Assembly (NCBI GenBank): GCA_041650895.1
Contig: JBAZKF010000001.1
Coordinates: forward strand, 209,685-273,684
Length of the DNA: 64,000 nucleotides
Direction: 5' to 3'
Origin: Patescibacteria group bacterium
GTDB taxonomy: Bacteria; Patescibacteriota; Patescibacteriia; 2-01-FULL-39-33
Within the stretch, counting starts at the first letter, position 1; each line of letters begins with the position of its first letter. Made by a program: the position numbers and the translations under genes. Shown here one piece after another: positions 56,130-64,000 of this stretch. The notes beneath the pieces are model-generated. The model ran no database searches and had not been told where the DNA came from. It was given only the letters and a program-made list of their open reading frames with translations.

Positions 56130-57086
56130 TTAACGAAATTTAGCAAGTTTTAGCGCATCCATTTGCTTGATAATATGATCATCTGATAGCGAACGCAAAT
56201 AGCTTAATGTCATCTTGAAACTCCTATGTCCGAGCAATCCGTAAAGTCCAACCAAATCATTAGTCTGCATGTAATAATTAACCGCGAACGTGTGCCTGAA
56301 CCTGTGTACGTGGCAATTAATACCTGTTACCTCATTAAGATGATTAATCGTATGTTTAAGGCCATGCGCAGTATAACGGCAATCTTTGGTACTGGATACC
56401 CAAAACGCTTCGGTCGAATAATCTCTGCGGCAGTCCAAATATTCCTCAAGGAAAGGTAATAGTTCAAGCTTCAATGGTATATTACGTGTTCGCTTTGATT
56501 TTGATGTCTCGCCGCGCACAGTAACTACCTTCTCTCTCAAATTAACGTCTGACAAATTGAGGCCTAAGAACTCTCCTTTTCTGACTCCTGTTAGATTGAA
56601 AAACATAATCATGGCCAGATTTCTTTTTTTAAGCAGTTTATTCTCCCAGACGATATCTCTGCTGATGGCGACGTATATTTTGTCAAATTCTTCTTTAGTG
56701 AACGCCCGCTTGTCTGTATAACTGACGTCTGGCCAAGCAATGCCCTTAAACGGGTTTTTAGCCAGATACTTATTTTCAACCAACCACATAAAAAATGAGC
56801 TTAATTTACCTCTGATAGTGGCTATGCTTGAATTCTTCAGCGGCCGCACAACCAATTTGTTACCAACCATCCTTTCCCGGGTCTGCGCGAAATCAAAAAA
56901 ATCTACCATAAGGTCAGAATTCAAATCACTTAGTCTGACATCGGGTTTGAATTTTAGAAGCAACTCGAAACTATCGTGATAATTTCGGATCGTCGCTGTT
57001 GCTTTTCCCTCGGAACTTCTGCGTTGTTTAACAAAGGTTTCGAATAGTTCGACCAGACTGGCTTTATTCTTTTCTTTTTGAGTCAT
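56130..57086 (-). CDS. Phage-type tyrosine integrase
   Basis: HVHRFRHTFA...LLGHRSFKMTLSYLR (catalytic H-R-H-Y region) and an N-terminal SAM-like domain. The ATG at 57086 is preferred over the track's TTG at 57110. A TATAAT box and an 8-bp inverted repeat (CTATGATT/AATCATAG) sit at the 5' end. Confidence 0.85.
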   Translation of the reverse strand: MTQKEKNKASLVELFETFVKQRRSSEGKATATIRNYHDSFELLLKFKPDVRLSDLNSDLMVDFFDFAQTRERMVGNKLVVRPLKNSSIATIRGKLSSFFMWLVENKYLAKNPFKGIAWPDVSYTDKRAFTKEEFDKIYVAISRDIVWENKLLKKRNLAMIMFFNLTGVRKGEFLGLNLSDVNLREKVVTVRGETSKSKRTRNIPLKLELLPFLEEYLDCRRDYSTEAFWVSSTKDCRYTAHGLKHTINHLNEVTGINCHVHRFRHTFAVNYYMQTNDLVGLYGLLGHRSFKMTLSYLRSLSDDHIIKQMDALKLAKFR

Positions 57087-57180
57087 ATAAAAACTATGAT
57101 TATACTCCAATCATAGTTCTTATATAAAAAAGGGGTGACTCCTCTTAAATTCGGGCTTAAAGGGAGAATAAATAAACCAA

Positions 57181-57891
57181 TTAGCCCGGCCCTATTTTGC
57201 GAATATAGCCGTCGTCTACGTATCCATACCCCAGTTTATCCATAATTTTAGAAATCAACAATTCTTTACTTTGAGAGGTTGTGCCATATTCTTTCTCCAA
57301 TTCTTTTTTTGTTTTTTTGTACAATTCCTTGATTAAACGGTTGCGCTCTTTGTGAACTGTTTTTCTTACTCTCTTTTGCGGCTTCCAACCCTGCTGCGTT
57401 AATATCTTCTCAACTTGATTCCAATTCTGATTAAGATATCCCAAAACCTCGCTTTTTGTACTATCGCCGAATACTAATATTTTTACATACGGTTCTTTAT
57501 GATCTTTATAAAACTCCTCTAAATCAACGTCATCCGGTTCGAGCGTATGTTTGGGGGGCAATATCTTAGCCGAGGAATAATAATATCCGGGTAGCTGGAA
57601 TTTTTTATCGCCAGTTGATTTTCCAAAAAATATAAAATCATCTAAATGAAAAACATAATCTAATGGCACCTTATATTTCTCCTGAAGATAAAATAACGCA
57701 TCAAGAACAAATATGTCTTTAGTAGTATCGGCAAAACACTTCTGACGATCATCCTGATCTTTAACTCCTTCGGATGGTATGCCGAGTATTCTCCTTAATT
57801 CTAACACATCCGCCTGAAACTTATCGTTTAATGACAGTTTATATAAATATTCTTCACTTCTGTTTGCTTGTTCACCTTTTGCCATATGCAT
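57181..57891 (-). CDS. Hypothetical protein (236 aa); island cargo
   Basis: ORF only. Confidence 0.45.
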   Translation of the reverse strand: MHMAKGEQANRSEEYLYKLSLNDKFQADVLELRRILGIPSEGVKDQDDRQKCFADTTKDIFVLDALFYLQEKYKVPLDYVFHLDDFIFFGKSTGDKKFQLPGYYYSSAKILPPKHTLEPDDVDLEEFYKDHKEPYVKILVFGDSTKSEVLGYLNQNWNQVEKILTQQGWKPQKRVRKTVHKERNRLIKELYKKTKKELEKEYGTTSQSKELLISKIMDKLGYGYVDDGYIRKIGPG

Positions 57892-58597
57892 TAATTTCCG
57901 AACTGAATGCCTCGAAGCCGTCGTAATAGTCAGGACTCTCTTTTCTAATACTGGCTAAATAATCGTTTACCTCTTTATTCTGGCTTGCCATTTCAAAATA
58001 TTCGGCGAACCATTCATACGCTGACGACATATCAATTAATTTTCGATCGTAGGCGCTTTCAATAGAGGTGAGATCGTTTAGGTACTGATCCAAGTCGTCA
58101 GTACTAAACTTTCCCCCGTTATCTTTTAATATTGGCTTATTGTGCTCAGTTGCAGAATAGATGGACTGATTAGTGCTATTTAATAATCGATCTTCAAGTC
58201 GAAATAGCGTACTAAATTTCCTGTCCTCTTGAACGTTATTCCACTCTTTAATTTGAGATACTGCCTGAAACGTCGCCGCTCCCACTCCAACAATCGTAGC
58301 CAATACTAAAATTATGTTTAACCAAAATATTTTTTTAGACAATTTGTCTGAACTTTCACCCAATACTTTTGTGGTTTGTCTAAATTGTTCTATGGAAAAT
58401 GTAATACTCTGTGCACATTGACCAAGAGACAAAGAAATATTTTGGGCTGACTGGTGAAAAGACGACGCGGCAGCATTGGTACATTTCACCATTAATGTTG
58501 TAAGATATTGTTCTCCTTCGAGTGTATTATGGTCGGTTTTTTTTGCAAATTCTTCCATTAACTCCTCTTTACTTTTTTGCTGGACGTCGCTGATCAT
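57872..58597 (-). CDS. Hypothetical membrane protein (241 aa); island cargo
   Basis: ORF with one TM helix (IFWLNIILVLATIVGVGAATF). Confidence 0.45.
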   Translation of the reverse strand: MISDVQQKSKEELMEEFAKKTDHNTLEGEQYLTTLMVKCTNAAASSFHQSAQNISLSLGQCAQSITFSIEQFRQTTKVLGESSDKLSKKIFWLNIILVLATIVGVGAATFQAVSQIKEWNNVQEDRKFSTLFRLEDRLLNSTNQSIYSATEHNKPILKDNGGKFSTDDLDQYLNDLTSIESAYDRKLIDMSSAYEWFAEYFEMASQNKEVNDYLASIRKESPDYYDGFEAFSSEINAYGKR

Positions 58598-58607
58598 ATA
58601 ATATTCA

Positions 58608-59150
58608 TTAATTTACTTCATACCCCCAGCCCGGCTGCCACGACTTTGTTTTTCTCCAATCTTCGGCAAAGGCCTGTTCCCACGTTTTACCTCGTAGTAG
58701 GATGTCTAAGGCCAACTGTGGCGCCTTATGAGCCACAATTGCGACATTCTGGCCATCGTAGTTTTGTTTCAGAAATTCGATAAAATCGGCGATTCTGGTT
58801 TTCACGTCCTCATAACTCTCGCCTCCGGGGAATCGTTCTGTGATACGGTCTTCCTGCATTGGTTCCACAATTGCTGACGCCTTGGCATTATATTCTCCGT
58901 AATTGCATTCCCGCAATCTTTGATCCTGAACTATCGGCACGGTTTCTCCAAAAGTCAGTTTAGCCGAATCAATCGCTCTCTGCAAATCAGAGCAAAATAC
59001 TACGTCAAATTCTTTATCTTTGATTTGATCCTTTAGGTCTATTGACTGTTTTACTCCCAATTCAGATAACCCAACATCAAGCCAACCGGACGAGATATCT
59101 TTCTCGTTATCGGTTGTTGTTCCATGGACAAAATAGGTTATTTTTATCAT
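58608..59150 (-). CDS. Histidine phosphatase superfamily (phosphoglycerate-mutase-like) protein
   Basis: N-terminal YFVHGTT (RHG-type motif variant), CSDLQRAIDSA and AIVAHKAPQLAL. Confidence 0.7.
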   Translation of the reverse strand: MIKITYFVHGTTTDNEKDISSGWLDVGLSELGVKQSIDLKDQIKDKEFDVVFCSDLQRAIDSAKLTFGETVPIVQDQRLRECNYGEYNAKASAIVEPMQEDRITERFPGGESYEDVKTRIADFIEFLKQNYDGQNVAIVAHKAPQLALDILLRGKTWEQAFAEDWRKTKSWQPGWGYEVN

Positions 59151-59180
59151 ATTTTTTCATTACGCATGATTACAACGCTA

Positions 59181-59882
59181 TTAATTCAAAACTCTGTACT
59201 TAAGGTGAAGATATGAATTCTCAAGTTGATTAACTGATTCAAGCTCAAGAGCTCGTAACTTAAATAGTTCGTCTTTCGAATGAAGCGACTCCCCATCCAT
59301 CAGAGTTGGAGTATTTTCTCCACCAATCATGACTGGCGCCATTACAAGAGAAATATAGTCAACCAGACCCCTTCTTATAAACTCAGCATTCAGCATTCCT
59401 CCCGATTGTATCGTAACTCTTTCAGCCCCAAAATCGGCTTTCAATCTTAAAAACATGTCTTCAAAATCAATCTTGTCTTCATATTTTACAATTTTAATAT
59501 TATCCAATTTATCTTTGAGTTTATAAGCGGGATGATTTTCGTTTGTAGTAACTAAAACAACCATTTTGCATTTTTTGGAAACATATTCTATACCTCTTTC
59601 ATTTAGATGTGGCTTATTATCAATAATAATAAAAGTAACTGGAATTTTAATAGGCTGATCGGTTTTATCATTAAAACCAATTTTAGAGAAGACGCGGCCC
59701 GAATTTAATGAAAAAAAATCAGTTTGCTTTTCCAGCTCATAATATTGTTGCAGCCCTTCCTTAACTCCATTAATCTTAGTAAAATCCGAGTCTACATCCA
59801 TTGTGTCCGTATCTCCGGTTGATATTTTTCCATCCACAGAGATAAGTAAAAATAATGTTGTTATTGGTCTATCCATATACAT
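59181..59882 (-). CDS. Dihydrofolate-reductase-like (RibD C-terminal domain) family protein
   Basis: TLFLLISVDGKIS...RVTIQSGGMLNAEFIRRGLVDYISLVMAPVMIGG is typical of the RibD_C/YwjB-type family. Confidence 0.65.
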   Translation of the reverse strand: MYMDRPITTLFLLISVDGKISTGDTDTMDVDSDFTKINGVKEGLQQYYELEKQTDFFSLNSGRVFSKIGFNDKTDQPIKIPVTFIIIDNKPHLNERGIEYVSKKCKMVVLVTTNENHPAYKLKDKLDNIKIVKYEDKIDFEDMFLRLKADFGAERVTIQSGGMLNAEFIRRGLVDYISLVMAPVMIGGENTPTLMDGESLHSKDELFKLRALELESVNQLENSYLHLKYRVLN

Positions 59883-59892
59883 TTTGTGGCAA

Positions 59893-60444
59893 TTAAATAA
59901 TTAGTCGTAATAAAAAAGGAAATTCTTTATAAGGCTGATTGAAGTAACTCGATCCCATATGACCTTCATGTAATATTATCTGGCTACCGCCTAAGTGATT
60001 AAACATAATCCGGCCCTGTGTGTCATCGCAAGTCCATGGATCATTATCGGAATTAATAAAAATAAATTCTTCGGCCTTGCCTTTTATCTTCTCCCAATCG
60101 TAATCATCGACATTTTTCTCGCTGTCGGCAGTTTTTCTCAGTGCCTTGGCATAACCGGAAACTAAAATAGCTTGTTTGATTGGTGACTCAAATTTTTCTA
60201 AAACGCTTAAAATTATCTGTGCACCAGCTGAATGGCCAATAATCACGGTTTCGCTATTAAACTTTCCATTTTCTAAAATAAACGGCACCCATTCCTGCCG
60301 ATTGGGAAATTTAGGATTTGGCAGGGCGGGCAGCCAAACTTCATATCCCTTCTTTTCTAAGTTGTCTTTGAGCCAAGGAAACCAGAATAAATCTGGTGAA
60401 TCACCCGTGCCGTGCAGTATAATTGCGTTTTTCATATTATTCAA
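59893..60444 (-). CDS. Small alpha/beta-fold serine hydrolase (YdeN/RBBP9-like)
   Basis: AIILHGTGDSP...IIGHSAGAQIIL (GxSxG) and ~180 aa length fit the RBBP9/YdeN esterase family. Confidence 0.65.
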   Translation of the reverse strand: MNNMKNAIILHGTGDSPDLFWFPWLKDNLEKKGYEVWLPALPNPKFPNRQEWVPFILENGKFNSETVIIGHSAGAQIILSVLEKFESPIKQAILVSGYAKALRKTADSEKNVDDYDWEKIKGKAEEFIFINSDNDPWTCDDTQGRIMFNHLGGSQIILHEGHMGSSYFNQPYKEFPFLLRLII

Positions 60445-61009
60445 TTACTTTTAGTAATTCTGGAAACTCATCGGTTTTTATATCATCAAGCGTGTAATGT
60501 CCACGACCCGGAAGTTCAATCACTTCCCCGCTTAAAGCGGCGTGAAACATAGCCAAACCTTTCTTGCCATCCTCCTCCTCGTCATCGGCAGTAAACATAA
60601 CGATTTTACCAACTCGATCCTTTATTGTCTCGTCAATCAGAAAATCATAAAAATCATGCCGAGCGACATCATCGCCTTCAGCGATTTTCCAAGGAGCTAC
60701 CAAAATAAGTTGGCTGATTTTTCTTTTGGTATCACTAAGCCAACGTACCAGAAAAGAACAACCGCAACTATGACCGATTAAAACAGTATTCTCATCGACA
60801 TGATACTTTTCAAATTCTGCCTTAAACTTATCATAATCTGGACTCCATGGTTCGGGCATTAACGGCGCTTCCGTCATAATGCCACGCTCAATCAGTTTTT
60901 GCTTAACCCAAGACTGCCAGTGCTTGTCGTAAGTTCTGGTTTCCGGGTTCATGGCTTTTTCCGCATCCGACGGACAACCATGGATAATAATGCAATTTCT
61001 TTTTTCCAT
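60437..61009 (-). CDS. Second YdeN/RBBP9-like alpha/beta hydrolase (paralog); start preferred at MEKRNCIIIHGC
   Basis: CIIIHGCPSDA...LIGHSCGCSFLV (GxSxG); the track ORF extends to 61123 with an implausible N-terminus. Confidence 0.6.
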   Translation of the reverse strand: MEKRNCIIIHGCPSDAEKAMNPETRTYDKHWQSWVKQKLIERGIMTEAPLMPEPWSPDYDKFKAEFEKYHVDENTVLIGHSCGCSFLVRWLSDTKRKISQLILVAPWKIAEGDDVARHDFYDFLIDETIKDRVGKIVMFTADDEEEDGKKGLAMFHAALSGEVIELPGRGHYTLDDIKTDEFPELLKVIE

Positions 61010-61064
61010 AATTAATTGAACTAATTTAACATCTATTATAAATTCAACCAACTTAAGATATTGC

Positions 61065-62000
61065 TTATTGTCTTCCAATCTCATCCAGAAGGTCTTCTGT
61101 AATTGTAAATGGCGGCAAATCATTTTCCGGATAAGCTACCCGGCAGGTGAACTGTTGTCCATTAGTCACGTAAATGGGCAGATGCAATTTCTTGCCGACT
61201 AATATCAAAATATCTCTTATCGTGACGTCTTCGCCCAGCACGTTATTTAGCATCAAAACTAAATTTTGGAATTGCGTTAATTCATCCTCACTGCGAAATA
61301 GTAATTGACCGTCTTTTTGTAATTTAACATCTTTTGATAAAGCCAGATCAATTTTACTTAAAACTAAATCAGCTAACTTATCACGAACGGAAATGCCTCT
61401 AAGTAAATCAGGTTCCAACTGTGTTTTTGCCATATACTCGCCTTTCCACACGCCTCTAAGCGGACCAAATGATGTTTTATAACGCCGATCATCAGGATCA
61501 AAATACTCAATGTCGGTTAATTTATCTTCTATGTCCGAAAACGAATACACTAATGCTAATTGATCTTGATGGAATAATCCAGTTAATTCTACGGCAGCTT
61601 CGCCGGGTTTAGCTCGATTGGCCGTCAAACTAATTAGATCGTCATTTCTGAATTTTGATACAGCCATATCACCCCAACTTTCAACAAGGGGTATTCTTAA
61701 CTCGCTCATTCTTTTTCTACTTAAAAGACCATATTTCAAAATATTATAAAATGCAGAAACTCGTGTGCTATGAATACAAACATCTGGATCGCGAAAAATA
61801 TCAGTTATTCGATCTTTGGCTTCAATTAAACTTTCTGGAGTTTCTTCATGCTCTAATAGCTTAAGGATTTCGGTTCTCATTTCATCCAAAACCAAGGCCT
61901 CCCTATGCGCCTCGTCAATTAGCTGATCCTTATCTGTATCAGGCAATTGGTCAAATCTTTGCTGGTCATCTGATTTTCTAAAATCAAATTTTTCTGGCAT
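61065..62000 (-). CDS. Hypothetical protein (311 aa)
   Basis: ORF only. Confidence 0.45.
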   Translation of the reverse strand: MPEKFDFRKSDDQQRFDQLPDTDKDQLIDEAHREALVLDEMRTEILKLLEHEETPESLIEAKDRITDIFRDPDVCIHSTRVSAFYNILKYGLLSRKRMSELRIPLVESWGDMAVSKFRNDDLISLTANRAKPGEAAVELTGLFHQDQLALVYSFSDIEDKLTDIEYFDPDDRRYKTSFGPLRGVWKGEYMAKTQLEPDLLRGISVRDKLADLVLSKIDLALSKDVKLQKDGQLLFRSEDELTQFQNLVLMLNNVLGEDVTIRDILILVGKKLHLPIYVTNGQQFTCRVAYPENDLPPFTITEDLLDEIGRQ

Positions 62001-62112
62001 ATTTTAGTTACTTTTAATCTAATTTTATCACTTTTTTTAACGAAAGACAATTACTCCCACTGTTATAAAAACTATCTAAAATAGGCCAAATATAATTAAA
62101 TGCGCACTGGAC

Positions 62113-62141
62113 TTGACATTTATCAAGATAAATGATATACT
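62113..62141 (+). promoter_or_regulatory. Near-consensus sigma-70 promoter: TTGACA, 17 bp, extended -10 TGaTATACT
   Basis: Hexamers and spacing counted directly; about 95 bp upstream of the ATG at 62234. Confidence 0.65.
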
Positions 62142-62233
62142 AACATGTTATTCCATTGTTGGAATTTCGTCCCTGTCCGGGATGGCTGTCGCCGAAAGGA
62201 CAAAGCACCCTGACAACAGGAAAGGAACACGTC

Positions 62234-62572
62234 ATGAATGAAGACGATGCAGTTATGATTGTCGGATATCTGACTCGCTCCAAGGCAATCTGGAAAGATC
62301 CAGTATTGCTCGCCCTCGTTGAATCGGCGCCAAGCCCCACGAAAGCGTTTGCTTTGGTTTTGCAAAAAACCGGAAGCCAGAAAAAGGCGAAAGCCGGTCG
62401 CTGGTACGCCTGCGCAATTAGGGATTTTGGCAAAGATTCACTTGGTGCACTCACCAAAGTTCTCCAGAGTCCGCAAGGTGCGGAAAAGCTGGAGGAGCTG
62501 ATTCTGACCACGTTCCCCGATTTATCGGAGGAGCAGGAAAGGAGAATGCCATGTACAGCGATCAGGCAGTAG
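62234..62572 (+). CDS. Hypothetical protein (112 aa), GC-rich
   Basis: A GGAAAGGA Shine-Dalgarno precedes the ATG at 62234 (MNEDDAVMIVGYL...). The track ORF started at 62156. Confidence 0.5.
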   Translation: MNEDDAVMIVGYLTRSKAIWKDPVLLALVESAPSPTKAFALVLQKTGSQKKAKAGRWYACAIRDFGKDSLGALTKVLQSPQGAEKLEELILTTFPDLSEEQERRMPCTAIRQ

Positions 62573-64000
62573 AAATAATCAAGAAGAATGGCAAGAAGAT
62601 GACGGCCGATCAATTAATGACGATTGGCCGGCAAGTCAACAACACCGGACGAGTGAAATATTTTGCCCGGGAAAAAGATTATCATAGCATGGATGGAAGG
62701 AAGTTTGATTACATCCCATATGACGCCTCTAATGGCGAATGCGAGGCATGGCTACCAATTGTTAAAACCGGCAAACTGTCCGCTGACCAACTAATGGAAG
62801 CTGGCAAAACAGCCCACGATTCGGATGTTTGGCGGGAAATTGTTAGCCAAGGAAAACTTTTGGCCGAGCAACTTTTGCAAGCAGGGATATCGGCCCATGA
62901 TTTCGATGTTTGGAGACAAGTCATTGCCTCGGGTAAATTATCAATCGAACAGCTGTTGAATGTTGGTCTTTATGACTCTCTCAAAAATCCGTTTTTTGTT
63001 CGCTGTAGCGACAGGCCAAATCCGTGGCGGCTCTGGTATGAGATTATCCAAACTGGCATGCTGTCAGCCGAACAACTGATGGACGTCGGCCGTCAGCTCA
63101 AGGACAACTGGGGATGGCGAATCATCGTCAAAACTGGCAAATTGTCTGCCGATCAGCTAATGGCGGCCGGACAGGAAGTCATCAAAACCGGCGACGATGA
63201 ACGCGAGATGTATGATAATCCCAAAACAAGAGGCCAGAAGCTTCAGAGTTGGCAGGTATGGATGGCTATCATCAAAACCTCTGAATTGTCGGCCGATCAA
63301 TTGATGATAGCTGGCAAGGAGGCGGCTCACAAGGACGTTTGGATTGAAATTGTCCGCACTGGCCGGCTTTCGCACCAACAACTCAAACAAGTGAGCGAAC
63401 TGGCCGAAGCGTTCGGAATCTACACGACCAACATCCAGTGGGCAGTTGAAAACCAAATTGACTGGAAGGCCATAACCACAAACGATCAACTCATTGAGGT
63501 CGGGTTGGCGGTCGAATGCTGGACGATTTGGTCGCGAGTCGCGGACAAACTTGACTGGTCCGGTCTTTCGGAAGAACAAATTCTGGAGATCGGCTTTAAG
63601 GCAGACAACAGCCGCGTCTGGGGCAAAGTCAATGCCAAGATTAATTGGGAGAAAAAATCTGTTAATAAACTCTTGGAACTTGGGCGTCGCGCCAACTATG
63701 ACTGGACTTGGTTCAGAATTATTGAAACCGGCAAGCTTACTGCCGAACAGTTGATGACTGCTGGCAGCGATGCCAATAGCTGTGAGGTTTGGCGTCATAT
63801 TGCCGAGACCGAAAAGCTCTCGCGGAAACAATTAGAACAAGCCGCCAAGCAGCTTAAGGATCGCTGGTTTTGGGATTGGCTTATAGTCAACAAGAGGGTG
63901 ACGTTGACTGGCTTGTCAGTGGATGAATTGTTGGAGCTCGGCTCGCTACTTAACAGCGAGCGTTACTGGCAGATGATTAACGAAGCGATCGGAAAAAAGT
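62551..64000 (+). CDS. Novel tandem-repeat protein (at least 483 aa, partial; runs off the window end) with ~27-28-aa repeats of the form I(V/I)xTGKLSA(D/E)QLMxAG...D..VW..I
   Basis: Hand translation from the ATG at 62551 (AAGGAG Shine-Dalgarno) finds no stop to 64000. It is absent from the track because it is incomplete. GC is well above the window average. Confidence 0.6.
   Translation, partial: MYSDQAVEIIKKNGKKMTADQLMTIGRQVNNTGRVKYFAREKDYHSMDGRKFDYIPYDASNGECEAWLPIVKTGKLSADQLMEAGKTAHDSDVWREIVSQGKLLAEQLLQAGISAHDFDVWRQVIASGKLSIEQLLNVGLYDSLKNPFFVRCSDRPNPWRLWYEIIQTGMLSAEQLMDVGRQLKDNWGWRIIVKTGKLSADQLMAAGQEVIKTGDDEREMYDNPKTRGQKLQSWQVWMAIIKTSELSADQLMIAGKEAAHKDVWIEIVRTGRLSHQQLKQVSELAEAFGIYTTNIQWAVENQIDWKAITTNDQLIEVGLAVECWTIWSRVADKLDWSGLSEEQILEIGFKADNSRVWGKVNAKINWEKKSVNKLLELGRRANYDWTWFRIIETGKLTAEQLMTAGSDANSCEVWRHIAETEKLSRKQLEQAAKQLKDRWFWDWLIVNKRVTLTGLSVDELLELGSLLNSERYWQMINEAIGKK

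Noticed and set aside
63157-63831. 224-aa minus-strand ORF (also 63486-63695 and 63494-63754)
   Set aside because: It lies antisense within the GC-rich plus-strand repeat-protein gene, which has a Shine-Dalgarno, a promoter and periodic repeat structure. This is a typical GC-rich antisense artefact.
1-64000. CRISPR arrays, rRNA genes, transposase-containing IS elements
   Set aside because: No regularly spaced short direct repeats with spacers, no rRNA-like conserved segments and no DDE transposase-like ORFs were seen. The mobile DNA here is integrase- or recombinase-associated.

Overview
The window is AT-rich (roughly 40% GC, estimated by eye) and gene-dense, and most genes are on the minus strand. 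The gene content looks like a reduced-genome, CPR/Patescibacteria-like bacterium: several O-antigen-ligase-like proteins with TPR tails, very large surface proteins, ECF sigma/anti-sigma pairs, MacB-type ABC transporters, few Shine-Dalgarno sites, and frequent TTG/GTG starts. That assignment is an inference, not a database result. Core genes are recognisable: secE-nusG-rplK-rplA, tmk-thyX, gatB, miaA, a HIT protein, tRNA-Glu(CUC) and tRNA-Tyr(GUA). The rest is accessory, and I see six points of interest. (1) An ECF-sigma/anti-sigma pair sits upstream of a HlyD-MacA/MacB-like efflux cassette that is bracketed by two paralogous small secreted proteins. (2) A second ECF-sigma/anti-sigma pair sits upstream of a cell-surface module: a 1184-aa surface protein, an ice-binding-like (DUF3494) protein, an FN3 protein and two O-antigen-ligase-like/TPR proteins. 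The three surface proteins share an unrecognised ~150-aa domain, and a 563-bp perfect direct repeat reflects recent duplication or gene conversion. (3) A cassette-like array of three small same-strand genes, each followed by a copy of a highly structured ~125-270-bp repeat family, lies divergently next to a XerC/D-like tyrosine recombinase. The architecture resembles an integron, but the recombinase lacks the IntI insertion. (4) Two GC-rich islands (about 44090-45260 and 62150-64000) are probably foreign DNA. The second encodes a novel ~28-aa-repeat protein that runs off the window and is absent from the ORF track. (5) Two integration hotspots: a DinD/Bro-N gene flanked by 27-bp direct repeats beside tRNA-Tyr with a duplicated tRNA 3' end, and a phage-type integrase island carrying hydrolase/phosphatase/reductase cargo next to a terminator-bounded tRNA-like structured RNA candidate. 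(6) A 2110-aa surface protein (Fib_succ_major, discoidin and FN3 domains) is co-oriented with a MacB-type ABC pair whose ATPase has an unusual repeat-bearing C-terminal extension. I also flag a ~400-bp ORF-free, hairpin-dense leader or ncRNA candidate upstream of the 1184-aa surface protein gene, and several palindromic operator-like repeats. No CRISPR array or rRNA was seen.
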